Shown: positions 37,701 to 52,700, counted from the stretch's first letter. The stretch: 64,000 nucleotides of DNA from Fimbriosthenelais zetlandica (GCA_977030845.1 OZ365109.1:56978001-57042000), one strand, 5' to 3'. The notes: generated by a model not told the origin, from the letters alone. Made by a program: numbers and translations.

Positions 37701-40700
37701 GTTCCTTCTAATCTCCATAATCCATGTTGCCCGGTCTTAGTCAGTCATTGTCCCATTTCTAATTGTGACGAAAGACGACTGAGTTTGTCCGTGACAGCTC
37801 CATGGCATTGCAATTTACATCACAAATATGGCAGCGTCTGAAGCCCCGGTTATTTCTCTTGTCTCCGTTTCGTTTTTGTCTTGCTGTCACACCAATGTGA
37901 TGCCCCTTCAGACACTTGTTTCTCCCTCTTCTCTCCCAAGCCAGAATGTGCCTGGATATAATGTCTTTAAATGATTCCCGTGGAGAATAGATATCACTTT
38001 TCCCATCTAAGAGAAGTTGGTTCCATACAATTCATCATTCACAATTGTCCATGGCTCGCAGCGTGAATAAACCAAATTAATCTGCCAATTGGTCATGTAT
38101 TTTTTTCTTTTTCTCACAGCTTGTATTTCCCAGGCCTTGGACTATAATTCACGAACATTTCTCCTTGAGAATTTATTTGTATTTGCTAGATTTAGCACTG
38201 AATGGTGGCCTCAGGGCATCATTCCAGGTCCCCATTGGCTGAAAAGGTCACGACAAAGCCTGATTTAGAAGCTCGTTCTTTGGGGCGTGCCGCTTACATG
38301 TAAATCATCATCCTCAAATCATATCACATCTCAGAGACCACCCTAGCTGACCTTGACCCTTACCAGCTGACCTTTGATTGACCCCATCCCCCGGCCACTA
38401 ATTCCTCGCTGACCTTGGGATTGGACGGTGACCTTGGAGCATGCGATTGGACTACATTGGTATGGTAATCCCGTGGCACGTTGTCAGAACGAGTATATTG
38501 CCTATCTCCCTGGCTCCCCGCGTGTTGCTCACCAATGTAACCCCCGGTGTTAAAATGACATGGCAGCTATTCTCAGAGGAAGCGAGGGGGAAAGATGAAG
38601 AAGTCTATGTCCTCATGTTGACAGCCAGGAAGTGGGTCGTCTGCACGTGTAAATTTTTTCAAACTCCTAGCGTTGTGCAACATGGAACATTTTCCCTAAA
38701 TCATTGAATGGGTAATCTTCGAAGTGCGATTTTAATTTGACTTCAGATTGATCTGAACACATGATAGGCTCTCATCTCTTCCGTTTAGCTACTTCAGTCT
38801 CCTGATATTTATATTTTCAGTTACAATCGGCACATAAATGGACTATTCATCTAACTGACATTGAAATTGTTCTTTCCAAAATTGCTCGCTTAAAAGTAGC
38901 TGGAATATTACAGATGGCAACACCTTTCATTCCCGGCCAGCTTAGGATGCTCCCTCTTCCCTAAAGCTAACCTAAAGTGTCTAGAAGGCCTCATGTTACA
39001 TGGACACATCCTATTATTTTGCCATCTGAAACGCCTCATAGCCTATTACTTAGAACACTCGCCAATTTCTTACAAAGCCATAAATCGATGGAGGGAAGGG
39101 CTAAGTTCCAAAGTGGGCTTTGGATGTTAGGCTTCTGAAGAAGGGAAAAGATTGCCGGCCTAGGGAAACTATACTCCTGGAAACGTAGGTGGCGAGCAAG
39201 CGGCATACTCAAGAGACTGGAGACTTGGTTTGGTTACCCCTTTACAGTCGTCTTTCCTAATTTACTGATAAGAATTCCATTTATTTTGCCTGCCCTTGGG
39301 ACCTGCCGTTCAGTTATGGTCGAGATACAGTTTAAGTCATCAACAGAGTTAAAGGAAAAGGAGGAGGAATTACTTGCCATAGGCGTATACAGAGAGAAAG
39401 AGAGGCCTTGTCCCTTTTGTTCTTCGATTTGCGATCAATACATCCAGTGCAAGATATAATTAAGGCATAATATCCATAATAATTACTGTCTTCTGCACGG
39501 TGTAATGTCCAGGACCTTGGTTTCTATTGGGTTGAATCTTTCGGTCAATGCACAAATGTAACAGTTACTTAGCGGAAAAAAGACTTTATGCAATGATAAA
39601 CCTGTAATTGATTAAACGAGCACCCCGTTGCCCTCCTCCTCAGCAGCGTGCCTTATTTCCCCTCAGGTTCCTCTCAAGACGATACTCCTTCATTATCGGC
39701 ATTTGTAACTCAAATTGCACACAGAAGTGAAAATTGTTTCATGGCTAGCAGTATCCTCAATCATTGTGCATTCAACATCTTACTTCAATCAGGCGTTTCT
39801 TTAGCAAAGGGTGATGCTCTAATTAAATAATTAGAGGCCAGGCCTAGGTCCGCCTAGAATATCCAATCAAGTCTAAAGCCTGACCTTTTGGCCCCTGGCA
39901 GGATCCTCGTTTCCGTGGAAGCCATGTAATGAAGCCATGTATTGTCAGTAGAAGCCACAACCAAGACTCGATCACTCCTCCTACCGGTCAGACCAAGGTT
40001 TAAAGAAGGCCAGTTTTCCTCCTTGAAGATGTTTTAGAGCTGTTGTAAAAGGACCTTTAAACCAATGGTGTAAGGCATTAATTTTCATTTGCCTTATACA
40101 CATGGGTATTGCTGAAGTGGTCGTGTGGGCAGATTCGACTTGCAGGAGAAGAAAATTGCTTGGATTTAGATAAACCTTTCGACAGAAGCTAACGTTTTAT
40201 CTGGCACCTAATTACTATCTGTCACTGATTAGGAACCTAGATTACTTGATTTGATCAAATACATTATGGTCTATTTTTAGGCTTTTCCCCGAAAATAGTC
40301 ATCGTCCTCTTGCGGTAGGTTTCCATCTCTCAGAGTCCACCTCCCGGAGATGAAGCTTGCCGCTATTGATTCTCTTGTGTATTGACATTGAAATGTGTCG
40401 GATATGGAGTGTAATCGGGCGTATTAACACTTTCCTCTTAGGCCAAGTGTAGATTCTCCAATATTATCTTATTACACCTCTTTTTGGCTCCTTTCACCAC
40501 TCAAGCAATCGTGTGTGGAAGAAGAAGGCCCAACTTCCGATGTCCCCTTATGATAACTTCCCACCATCGATATTTATTGAGATGCTCTTAGTTTTTCCAG
40601 TCATGACCTTTAAGAAGGAGTCAATTGATGTCCTCCCAGATTCACCAAGGCTATTGGGTTCTTGAGGGACACTAAGAGAAAAAGAAATGTCTGTTCGACC

Positions 40701-43700
40701 AAATGCCAACGGTGTCTAGTCTTTCATCAGGGCTGGTAGGCCTCCCAGCTATAAATCGGAGTGTAAATTCCTGGCTACCAACGACTGTGGTCCTACCTTC
40801 GGTTGCCCTCACTGACCCCTATATAGTCAATGTGTCACCCCAGAGAACATCTTTCTTGGCTTCATGTTCCAATACTTGACATTTTGCCAATTTTCGATGT
40901 TTAGCTCGCCCCGACCATTGGTAACACTTGTTGTTTTATTACTCCATCATCTGCCTGGCATTGTTCGGAGTTGTAGAAGATGTACGGTGGCCCAGAAGTG
41001 AGAATGGGAAAGAGAGGGAGGCAGGGATTGAAAGCGGCTCGGAGGCACGTGTTGAGTTACTGTTAAGTCTGTGCTTTCATTTTATTGCTAATAACCCCAC
41101 TTCAGTAAAAGGCGGGATTGAGCAACATGTTCTAATATTGCCTCCGGAGAATCCCCAACCCAGCGTGTATTTTTAAACATGAAAAGCTAAGCGTGTGAGC
41201 TGTCACAAGCGGTGTTAAAACTTCAATTCACATGCATGTGATCAAATTGAAAATGCCAGGGGACTTTATGGGCAGGGAAATCCCAGAGTAAGCACAATTT
41301 TAAGAGAAGTCCTCGCCCCTGGCCTTTATTTGTGTGCCACTTGCCACGACTGCCAATGATCCTCTATATTCCCCAAGCTCTGTGGCCAGTAAATTAGATT
41401 TCCTTAAGGTGATCCCTTGTTCCAGGCCTTGTTGCCTTGGTGGTTAGAAATTCTTTACCCTGACTCCCAACCCATCACCACTCCCCTCCCTACTTCAGCT
41501 TGCCATCCGCCATCTGTTACTGGCTAGCCTTGATTGCTCTATTTCGATACCTATTACTGAGCCTTAAAGAATCCCCATGACCTGGCGTATAGAAAATCAG
41601 GAGGTATTTGGACGCCAAAATGAGGAACAATCTTTAACCATTACTTTGTAAATGTCTATTAATCTATCGTCCCATCTTGTCGATTCGGGTTATTGTATTT
41701 TCTATTGAAGATAGAATTATTGCATCGGGATTATTTCAATATAATTGCAGTGTATCTGATTTTTTCTATAGTTGACATGCCACATATTCTATAGAATCAT
41801 GAACACATTGAGTTTCCTGGAGCTGCTGCTGTTGGGTATTATTCGTGATTGAATGGACTTGTTTTTACATGTATAGATTTCTGTTTGTAAAATCAGCTTT
41901 TATCCCAGTTAGACATCCAGCCTGCCATGTCCTGCCTCCAGTTTCCAGTAGGAGCCGGAACCAGCAAATCAATTGCTTACTCTTGTAATGTCCGAGTCTA
42001 AAGGCAGTAATCCCATGTCAGTGTGGCCCTCCCTCTCTCCCATCCCAGGGACATGACACTTCTGGACAGGGCTTTGTCCCCGCCTTTCCCGGAGTGTCAA
42101 CCCCCTTTAGGAACACACTCCACTTCCCCTTCACACTCCCGACCCCCTACACCTGATCAAACTCAATTTTCCCCGGGATTTGATCGACGAAAAGGGTCAC
42201 ATTACCCTTTCCTGGCCCGAGCCTAGTGTGCAGATTCTCCCTGCCTTTCTCCAGGTCAACCTGTGTAAGAATCCAATTTATTAAGACTGCTAGACTTTGC
42301 TTGACCCTACCAATGCAAGCCGGAGACGCTGGATAATGGAAATATGAAGCCGGGCGTAAACCTGCCAGCCTCTGTTGCCCTATTCAAAATGCATAAATGG
42401 AGATAAAGAGTTGTCAGATTTCTAGTGACGATAAAAGCCTTGGTCCTGGGCTTTTTGCCCGCTTGCTTGTGATCAGCACTTGAGCTCCGGGAAGTAGCCA
42501 GCCAATCCCCCAGATTATATGTGTGGGTACTTGAAAAAATCTATAGGCGACCCGGCTGGTCAATTCATTGGATTGTTCTCCTCTGGAGGCAGTAAAGAAA
42601 CCAAGGAATTTATCAACGTATTACTGCCTTCTACATTGGTTTAAATGTATTTAGGAGGGAGTTTCTCCCTACATCGTGTAAACAAGACAGTAGATTCCGA
42701 ACCCTTAAATTTCACTACAGACATGGAGTTAAATATCACATAATATTGTATAACCTAGTAATAGCAATGCATGCAAATGGTTGTCTTAGACAATCACTTT
42801 TATTAGCAAATTCTTTAGCAAAATCATATGTAATTTATAGAGTATACATTTATTCATTGTTTTATTGTAAACTCATATTAACGTTAGATTGTTTTTGGTT
42901 GTTAAAGGTAGATCGTGATCCTATTATCTCGCTCCTTTCTCTTCATTTTACAGTTACGGTGGCGATTTGAAGAGGCGAAGGAATATGATCTGGGCGTGAG
43001 AGTAAGCAACAGTCTTGGAGGTGAAAACATTAGCTCCTTGGTTATAGCTGAATATGCCATTCATAAAATAGACCTCCAAGTCTTACCTGTCTTCCTCCAT
43101 GACCAAGTACTCATCAATTTTACTGTACACGGGGGCCCCATGAGGAAAGCCATCCTTGTTTTTGGCGATGGTCAGATTGAAGAGTGTGAGGATGAATCAG
43201 AAGCCCTGGAGAAGGAACAGATAGGGGGAATAGCCACTGGTCAGCATGGTCCAACCACCAGATACTACCTGCGTTATAGATATAAGAGTGTTGGATCATT
43301 CACCTTAGTGGTCAATGTATCTAACCATGTATCCTCAGTGGCTATGGAGAGGAAAGTGATGGTTGAGGAACCTATAGAGGGATTGAAGGTATGGACAGAC
43401 TCAGGACCGGTGGTCAACCGAGGGTCCAGAGTGGTGGTCATGGCCAGTGTGAGGACTGGACAGAACCTCGTCTTTGACTGGCATGTGTCTCACAATGTCC
43501 CTCATGATGTGGAATCGTAAGTCATCAATTAAATATGTAATAATTATTCCTGTACAGTTTCTTTATACTATTAAATAGGCCAAAAGTATTTCAATTATAC
43601 GGCACTTGTTTAACGTTAAAACAAAAATAATCTGATTAAAAATTTAAGTCAAAACTGAAAATATTTTGAATTTTGACCTCCATTATCTTTTTATGGCACT

Positions 43701-46700
43701 TATTTCAGAAAGATGTTGAGCTTTCCTCAAAATTGCCAAGGGACCTTGATTAGGACCGTGTCTGTCTAGTTTCAGCAGTCTTGTGTTGACTGACCTTTAT
43801 ACTCATCCTATGTCTGTCTATTTTCAGCAGTCACGTGTTGCTTGTACTCATCCTATGGCAGTCTAGTTTCATGAGCGAGACCTTTATTGAAATTTTACCC
43901 ACTTTTCTCGTAATATCTATTTTCAGGAGTAACCGATCAAGTAGCGCGTCCTTCACCCTCGCTCATCAAGGAATTTATGACGTGACTGTATTTGTCTCTA
44001 ACTCGAGGTTGGACACACCCTATGAGACAGCCTCTCTGGCCGACTCGTTGGTGGTGCAGGAGAAGGTGGGCCAGCTGACCCTCACCACTCCCAACAGCAG
44101 GGAGTGGGCACGACTCTACCGGGACGAGCACGATCAATGGAGAACCAATCCTGTCAATTTTACTGCTAGGTCAGTTCTAATCTACCCCACCAGACATCTA
44201 TATACATTTATATCTTACTATTGATTCAGTGGTTAGGTCAAAAATAGAGACTGACCTTGAGTGTATGGTATGATTACCAGTCCTGATCCTTATTCCTGTT
44301 CGCGCTGATTAATATAAATTCAGTCAATTTGTTCCATTACTTTGTAATATATGGAAAGAAATTAACATTTTTTTTCATCCAGTTAACTCCAATCAAATTA
44401 AACAAAGTCAAGAAAAAGCTAAATTTATGTGAAATAGGAATTTAAACATTACTTTTAAATAACTAACTTTTCCCACGAATTCATACTGATTAAACGCAAT
44501 ATGTTTCCCTGCAGTGTAGGAGCTCATATTTTAGTCTCGTACCTACAGTATTTTTATTGTCAGTCCTTTTTTCTACCCAAAAGCAAATGGTAGATATGGT
44601 CCATCTTAAGTTAACTATACATATGGCCAGTTTCCGCAGTCTAACGCACATTTTCCTTTCCGACCAAGCCAAATGAGAGATGAAGACATCCCAGTCTTTA
44701 GTGGAGGAGTGACTCCTGCCTGTTAATGCAGTCCACGTTTGGTTGGCCTTCACATATTCTCCTCTTATCGCATATCAATGTTCTAAGTTCTTACCGCCCT
44801 CTTATGTTCTGTCTTACAGAGTGAACAGAGGCTCGGACGTGACATTCTACTTTAATTACGGTGACGGACACAATGCTATGGTGGAAGGTGTGGAGGTGAA
44901 TGACGCCCTCAAAGCCCAGACTTCTCATGTGTATCACCAAGGTGTGTCAATTTATTCTCATTTTACAACTTTGAGAAGATCTTTGAGAATTATTCAATAG
45001 ATTTTAGATATCGACGTGTATCTTCAACTGAATCAGTTTTATTTTTAAACTAAAAAAGACACAAATCTTCATTGACTAACTGCAAATTTCCATCCTTGTA
45101 TTTTGGTAGGCTTTGTCTTCTTGTAATTTAGCAAGGATAATTGTATCAATTGAGCATTTCACCGATAACCTCCGAGAATATCATTCAAAATTTGATTGAA
45201 GATTCCACTGAAAAGTTAAGTTTTTGAGTGGTCTGACTTGTATGGCTGTAGGTACTTTCTCTGAGAGAATGTTTCATAAACAGAGTGAGTTACTTGGAGG
45301 CCCTCAAATGGCCTAATCACATCAATAATCCTGAAAAGAGCTGCTCAATCAGGCAAGTTTTTTTCTCGGTTATAGATGGCCTCGTTATCTTTTTGATGAG
45401 CCTAGTCGTTCTCTGGTTATTGATAGCGTAGGTCCGTAAGGCCAGCTAGTCTAACACGAACATGTGGGTCAAGAAGGTGAGAGAGAGAAAACTGATGGCT
45501 CGAAAGAGTCTGTTATAGATAAATACATAGCCATCGAGAAGTGCTGCTAACTGCTGAACTACCTGGTATTAGCTATATTCCAGCAAGTTAACCACCGAAG
45601 ACAAATTGTACTGGATTCATTTTCTCATAGTAATCCTCATAGCTGATCTCATAGCTGATCCTAACCAAAGTCAATACTAATTATCACATAGTTTATAATG
45701 ATCTTGATATTTTCAATATTAGTATAATTTTGAAAGGAGTTTTTTTTTGACTGCATATCATCCTAGCTCTGACATTGTAGGCTACCTGCCTGAGAAAAAA
45801 AGGGAATATCTTTAACAAGATTTAAGATGATGAAGTTCCTATGAAATTATTATCCATATTTTCAAGTATTCTTCTAACAGAGTAATATTACTTCAGTGCT
45901 ATTATATAAATCAAATCAATTTATTGTGATGCCCATGATATTTTCTTCAAATATTAAGAAACCTTGGAAATGTGTCTGGTATTAAGGCTATGAGTTGACT
46001 AGGCTGTATGGATTAGCAATGCGTGTGTGTGTGATAAATGTGTGTTGTGTGTGTTATGTGTTGTGTGTGTGGCTTTCATCTGGCAGCCCGCCTGCCCACT
46101 ACAACCTCGGCCTTGCTCACATTGTCTAGCGATCTCCCCAATAACGAGGCTAATCTATGCACGAACAAGACAGAGGGAAATGACTTGAAAAGGCCTCCTT
46201 GAAAAACACCCAAGGTTTATTGAATTAGTCAAGAAAGGCATCCTTTAACTATTCTCTAATTTCTTTTAAACGAGGGGAAGTAATGCGAGAGTGAACTTTA
46301 AGAAATGGAGCTATGTATGAAAATAACCTCATTTGGCGACATTTACTACAGTCACTTCTTCTCCCCCCTGTTTTGGCCCAACAGATTAGCGATTGCATTC
46401 TAATGAAATAAAATATTAATCGACAATAACCACAGTGATTTTTGAAGCACGGAAATGCTTTTGAAAATAGTGCATATGCACATTACAGAAAATATTTAAT
46501 TAAGTAATACTGCAATTGTATTGAATGCATGTTACTAATTTCAATGGGAAATTAGGCAAAATTGATCTTATTTTGTGAGGTATGACTTGGCGTTAAATGC
46601 AAAAATGTTTTTAAAAAATTACCAAAAAAGTTTTATTGATTTTCAGAGGGTTATTACACGGTACAAGTGACGGCCAAGAATTTACTGGGGAATATAACAG

Positions 46701-49700
46701 CCACGTATCAGTTAGGCGTACAGATCCCACCTGGAGGATGTGCATTATCAGGACGGGACCTCATTGTAAAACTAGGATCAAATGTAACCATCTACGCTAA
46801 CTATACATCAGGCTCTGACGTTAAGTTTGACTGGGACATGGGAAACCACAATGAATACATAAATATAGGTGCGCTATACCTTATTTCTGTCCTCGATTTC
46901 CTGATAAAATGGAGAAATACATGTACATTAATATTCTCTTTGCTATAGATGGTGACAGACTGTGTTTGCACTTCATTTGATTTTTGGGATTTAAAAGATT
47001 TTTATATAGTTTAAGCTTATATAATTCAATTATCTTTTAACGATTTTGAACGGAGACTGATATCCCAGACTCAATATTGTTTAAATCATATATGAAATAA
47101 TTGATTTTAAACAAATTATGAATAATAATTTGAATAAAAGATATTGTTTCTTCATACCAACCCTGTTTTAACCCCAACCATTAATTCGAGGTTTTACATT
47201 ATATACAGGGTCTTCTGTGACACATGGTTACACATCAGAGGGGACTTACACTCTCAACATGAAATGTTATAACGATGTAGGAAGTCTGTCGGTCAATAGT
47301 ACTGTGGTAGTGGTCTCGCCTATATCAGGCGTTGAAGTGGTCGTCTTGAATGGCCACTACCATAAATACAAGGAACCCATCACATTCGAGGTTTGAAATA
47401 TTACCATTTGAAATACGCTGCAATGTAATAGTTCTTTTATCTGCCTCTTACTGCTGACAGTGCGAGACGTGACCGGCCTTTTATTATTTAACCGAAAGGG
47501 CTGAATAAATTGAATTGTAAATTGATTTTAAACATAATATTATTTTTCCTGCTATTGGCAGGAAATACGATATATACATGTATACATGTACCATGATTCA
47601 TCATTTGTTTCTTTTGTCATTTTCTCAGGCTGTGGTAATACCTTCTACACTAATGAATGAGGTCTCCTATTTATGGAATTTTGGTGAATATCCCCCCGAT
47701 CTGGCCCTTTGGGAGAGAGGCAGGCGAACCATAACCAAAGAGTACATAAAGGCTCGACGGTGAGTGGCCAATATTCCTGATTCAATTTCGTCTTTGCCTT
47801 CTTCATTATTCTGCTCAATTCACAGTTTTGAGTTGAGAAATCTGGAGGCAAGATCGGATCCCCTCCGCCTTTCCCGAGTTTTATTATTGTACTACGCCTA
47901 ACCATTTCTATGGCCTAACCCTCCGCTTTTTTGAACTCCTGCTTCCGCCCCCTGTGGATGACCACCTTAATTAACAATATAATAATATTTCTTTCAGATA
48001 CGAAGTCCAAGTACGGGCCTTTAATGGTGTAAGTAACCAGACCTCACCTGTGGTACAGGTGGATGTTATTGAACCCATTAAATTTATAACACTCACCCTC
48101 ATTGGCGAACCTTTGGTCAGACGTAGACTGACTTTGGAAGTTTACCATTATGGGGGCACCTCTGTCACTTACCACTGGGATCTAGGCGATGGTCACACCA
48201 AGAAAACCAAAACAGGACGTATTGAACATTCATATGACGAGTGAGTATTGAACCCCTTTGCATCATTTTATATCGTGATCCTACCTATAGGTTATAGTTT
48301 TAACCTGTTACAGTTAATTAAGCTGCATATTTTAGGTTCCCCTATAGTTTTTAATCGTTGAACATCATTAAAGTTAGAAGATACTGTTGTTTTTAATTTA
48401 AATCTCACAAATTGTGATAAAAGTGAAAATATAATATTTTAAACTGTTACTAATAACTAGTATAAAAATATATGAGGGCCTAGGGATTAGTCCTAGATCT
48501 AATTTCCGCAAACTTCTCTTCTCTGAAAATATTTGGTGTTGTGAGACCTGAATTCCCTTCCTCGTGTCTCCTCGAAGCAATCACCAATTCTCACTCGAAT
48601 TAATCACAAATTCGGTAGTTCCACTGATAGGTAAGCGTCGGATGTGTGATAAAACTGTTAATTACAAAAAATTCTACTTGAATTATAAGGAAGGGAGAGT
48701 ACAATGTGACAGTTACGGCCAGCAATCGTTTCGGGAATCAGTCGGTCATTCAGACAGTCTTCATCCTTCACAAGCTGTGTAACACTCCGGAGGTCTCTCT
48801 CCTCATCCCGGCTGATTCTCAGCTCAAAGTAACACGGAGCGAGGACTTTAAACTGGAGAGTCAGGTAAAAATAAACTGTAGCATCACCTCAGAGGCGAAC
48901 TACACGTGGACATTGAGGAAGGCCGTCAACCATGAGATAGTAGTACCGGAAGGTGTGCCTGTTGACGTCTTCCAAGATCCCATCCTCTACCTACCACGCC
49001 GCTCGCTCAGCTATGGCAACTACTCACTGGAACTCAAGGTATTTACAGGCCTTTGTATTTATTATAAATAATCATGTTATAACAATACTTTAATGTGATG
49101 ATAGGTATTTGGGTATGAAATATGTAATGAAATAGTGATCAAGTTAAAGCACCATCACTAATTTATATATATGGATTGGCAGGGTCCTACATGTAATTTC
49201 CGCAATGGTATATTTTGTAGCGTCCAGAACACAAGAGTGTTTAATTTATCTGATGACTTGAATGTGGATGGTTCAATTGCCCAAGCATTGTCCTAATTTG
49301 CCATTGTCCCTCTCCGCCCAATACTGGGATATTAAGACGGCCATGTTCGCTACTGTCCGTGGTGGGAGGCATGTAGAAAACATATGAATTCCTACCATTC
49401 TAGCCCATTGTTTGACGACCTCTAGTCCCGAGAGAGTCGGAGAGCTGAAAAATAGATGACTGGACGTTAAACAATATTTTAAAAACAGGCAGTAATTCTA
49501 CTCTACGAGATCAAGTACCGGTAGTTGTGGTCTGAAGTGAAAATATTTTCTTAATTTAAAATGTGTAGGCCGACTGATAAATTGTCGTTTAAATTAACTT
49601 GAAATTTAACTTGAAACTCCTTCAAATTGTTTTTAAGTATTCGTATGATTGGGGACATCTTTATAACTGTACCATACCGGCATCTGAGTTTCAAGTCGGA

Positions 49701-52700
49701 GTATACACCTATATGTAGATATAATATATTATTATGAAAGAAAAAAGAATTTAGGACCGCACATGGCGCACAGACTCTTTGTATCATTTCTGCTCTCATA
49801 TTAATCCAGAAAAGCAATCATATCGTCCTTCTACTAACACCCAAAAGGTTGTTATTGCCTTCCGTTCTCTTATTATTTGGATGGAATTCATTGTATTTGA
49901 TCGAATTCTGTTTTTAATCAGGTCTGACCCACATTTATTTCATTCTAGGTGGCCATGCAGGGAACCATAGTCTACTCCCGGAAGCAGACCTACTTCTCTC
50001 TCATCCCTTCCCAACTCCTCAGCATCATTAACGGTGGTATTCGGCGACGTGTCCAGAGAAATGAAACCATTGTCATGGATGGTTCCGACTCCTATGATCC
50101 AGACTTTCCGAACGCCACCGACATAAGGTATTTTATTTTTGTGACAAATTTGAAAGGAGGAATCGTGACCAATTTTATGTTGAGCCCAAATTTAAGGGAG
50201 GGGATAGTGAATCTGACTATTGCTCAATTAATGGGAAGGTGAGATAGGGAGGCGAAGCTTCCTGTACAGTGATTACTGCATATTTATATTATGATCTCTG
50301 AAACCTTACCTATCTGCACGTATTTCTCTATTGTGCCTTACATATATATTTCTTCATGAACGCTTATATAATTGCCCCCTCTCATGTTTCTGTATCGCCG
50401 GATTTTATACCCAGGGAATATGTCGTAGGATGTATTTTATATTTGTTGTGCTATATCCTTGACTTTTATGATAAATTCCAATTATCGCTCACGATGTTTA
50501 CGGTCATTTCTACAAGATTAATTTGCAATCTCTTCAGAATACGGTTTACAAAAATTAATATAGTTTAGCAATCATAGATGAAATTTGAGAAATTATATTA
50601 AAAAAAACCAAAACGGGGAATCTTCTATGGAACTACATTTTCCTCGACGGTTTGCAAATTTCAGCCAATTTCCGTGATAATACAAAATTATATTCATAAA
50701 TGGTACCTTTAACACTTATTTAGCACTTATCGATTATTACTACTTAACCATTTCTCAGTGGGGGTTATTTCAGACTTATTATTGATTTTCCATTTCGTTC
50801 AGGTACTCTTGGTCATGCTATCAACTCGATACGAAGGAGTCATGTTTTAGGGACGAGCAGTCTTTGAACATCAATTACTCCTCAAAGATGCTTTATTTGA
50901 ATGGATCCTCGTTTAGTGGGGGCGATAATACACCTTACGTGTTCAACCTGAGCATCTCACGACCAGGTCGCCAGTCGGCCAACACTTCTCAGGTCCTCGA
51001 TATAGCCATGGCTGGGGTCATCGAGTAAGTACTGACAAAATAACATTTACTTAACTTTACTAATCAAGAAATAAGCCCGTGCGGAACAACAGGATATACT
51101 AAGGAGGCTTTCAATATAATGTAGATGTACAATTCGTATTTCTTTATATAACCTAGTGTGACCTAATAGAAGTGTATTAAACCATTTCGATTTTCGATTT
51201 GCCTTGACAATTTAAGTAAAATATGACTATGTTATGTATTTTAAGAGATCCAATTTTTCTGTTTCAGTATGAAGTTGTCCTGTTTTGAGTGTAAGGATGG
51301 TTCGGTCAATTCTGATCAGCGTCTTATCCTCGAGGCAGTACACCCAGGCTACAAAGAGACAGAACTCGAGTATGAATGGCTCCTCTTCACTGTGGATAGC
51401 AGCAATACGCCCTCTGCTGCCCGTGAGTAAAAGCTATTATCCTACCAGAATTACTACCTCAGCATGTCAATTATTTATACCTCCACAACCCCTTCACATC
51501 CGCCATTTTTCATATCTTTCCTACCCTTGCTCTGGCAAAAGGGCATTTTTAAAGATTAGAAAAAAAACTGCAGGCACAGTGTATGTCCTCCCTCGACCCA
51601 GACTTCTTAAATAAGTGATAATCTGGCTAGACCGAAATGTCTCTTGCCGTAATTCATCGCGCCAAAAGTCCTGTCACTCATAGTTCAAAAAGGGTGGCAA
51701 CGATTCTATAATATAATCCCACATGCAGGGTTCGGCCTACCTGCCTACCAGTTCTCCACAATAATTTTATAATAAAACTTTTTGAACATTTGGTTTTAAG
51801 CAGTCTGGCTCTGTTTATCCAAAGTAGTAGATACTGAGCGTGGCTTCAATTCAGACAATTTATCTGAATTTTATAACCATTATGACTGCGGGACCTGGGG
51901 CCGTTTCAAAATGAATATTAGCCATAGACTTAGCATTGCTAATATAGGAATATTAGCCATCGACTTAGCATTGCTAATTTTCATTTTGAAACATGCCTCT
52001 GAAATCAATTATTTCATTTCCGTCCTGGCTTATGGAAAGTGGTGCTCCAAGAAGGATAGAAGGGCCTCTCATCCCTCATTTTGCAAAATTAGAAAGTCCT
52101 TTCCTAAACTTTTGTCAATGTTACGAGACTTGCTTCTGACCATGGGCTCTGAACTCTGTCTTTTCCTACCCAAATTCCCAGTTGTTATTTGCACTCTTTT
52201 GAATGTTTATTGCTGCACACAATTGACTGCTGGAGAGGGAGTTGTTCTATACTACAAGTCCTTCTAGTGATTTCCCTAGCCCACCAGGTCAGGGATCCAA
52301 GAAGAAAAATGATTGTAGCGAGAAAGACAGTTAAAGGCCAGGTGTCAATAGGAGAGAGAGAAGAGAGAGAGGGGACAGAGCAGTCATATATATACTAAGC
52401 CCTTCCCAGCTGTGTGTCACACCAGATAGTTGTGAATCAGATCAATACATGGGAGGCCAGGCCCAAGATTTCTTCTGTTTTGGGGCTTTCCTATGGAAAA
52501 CTGATATACACATTGACCCCACCTGTCAGCGGGTAACCTGAGCTTGTAGGCCCTATCTCCTGAAGGGGGCGTTGTGCCTCTCGGGTCTCGGCCGGGTGTG
52601 ACGATGCCTAGTTACCCAATAGTCTCTAGATTCTCGCCTCCACTCATGAAGAGCTCTTACTGGGAGGTGCGGCATGACGACTGGGACATGTGGCGCGAAA

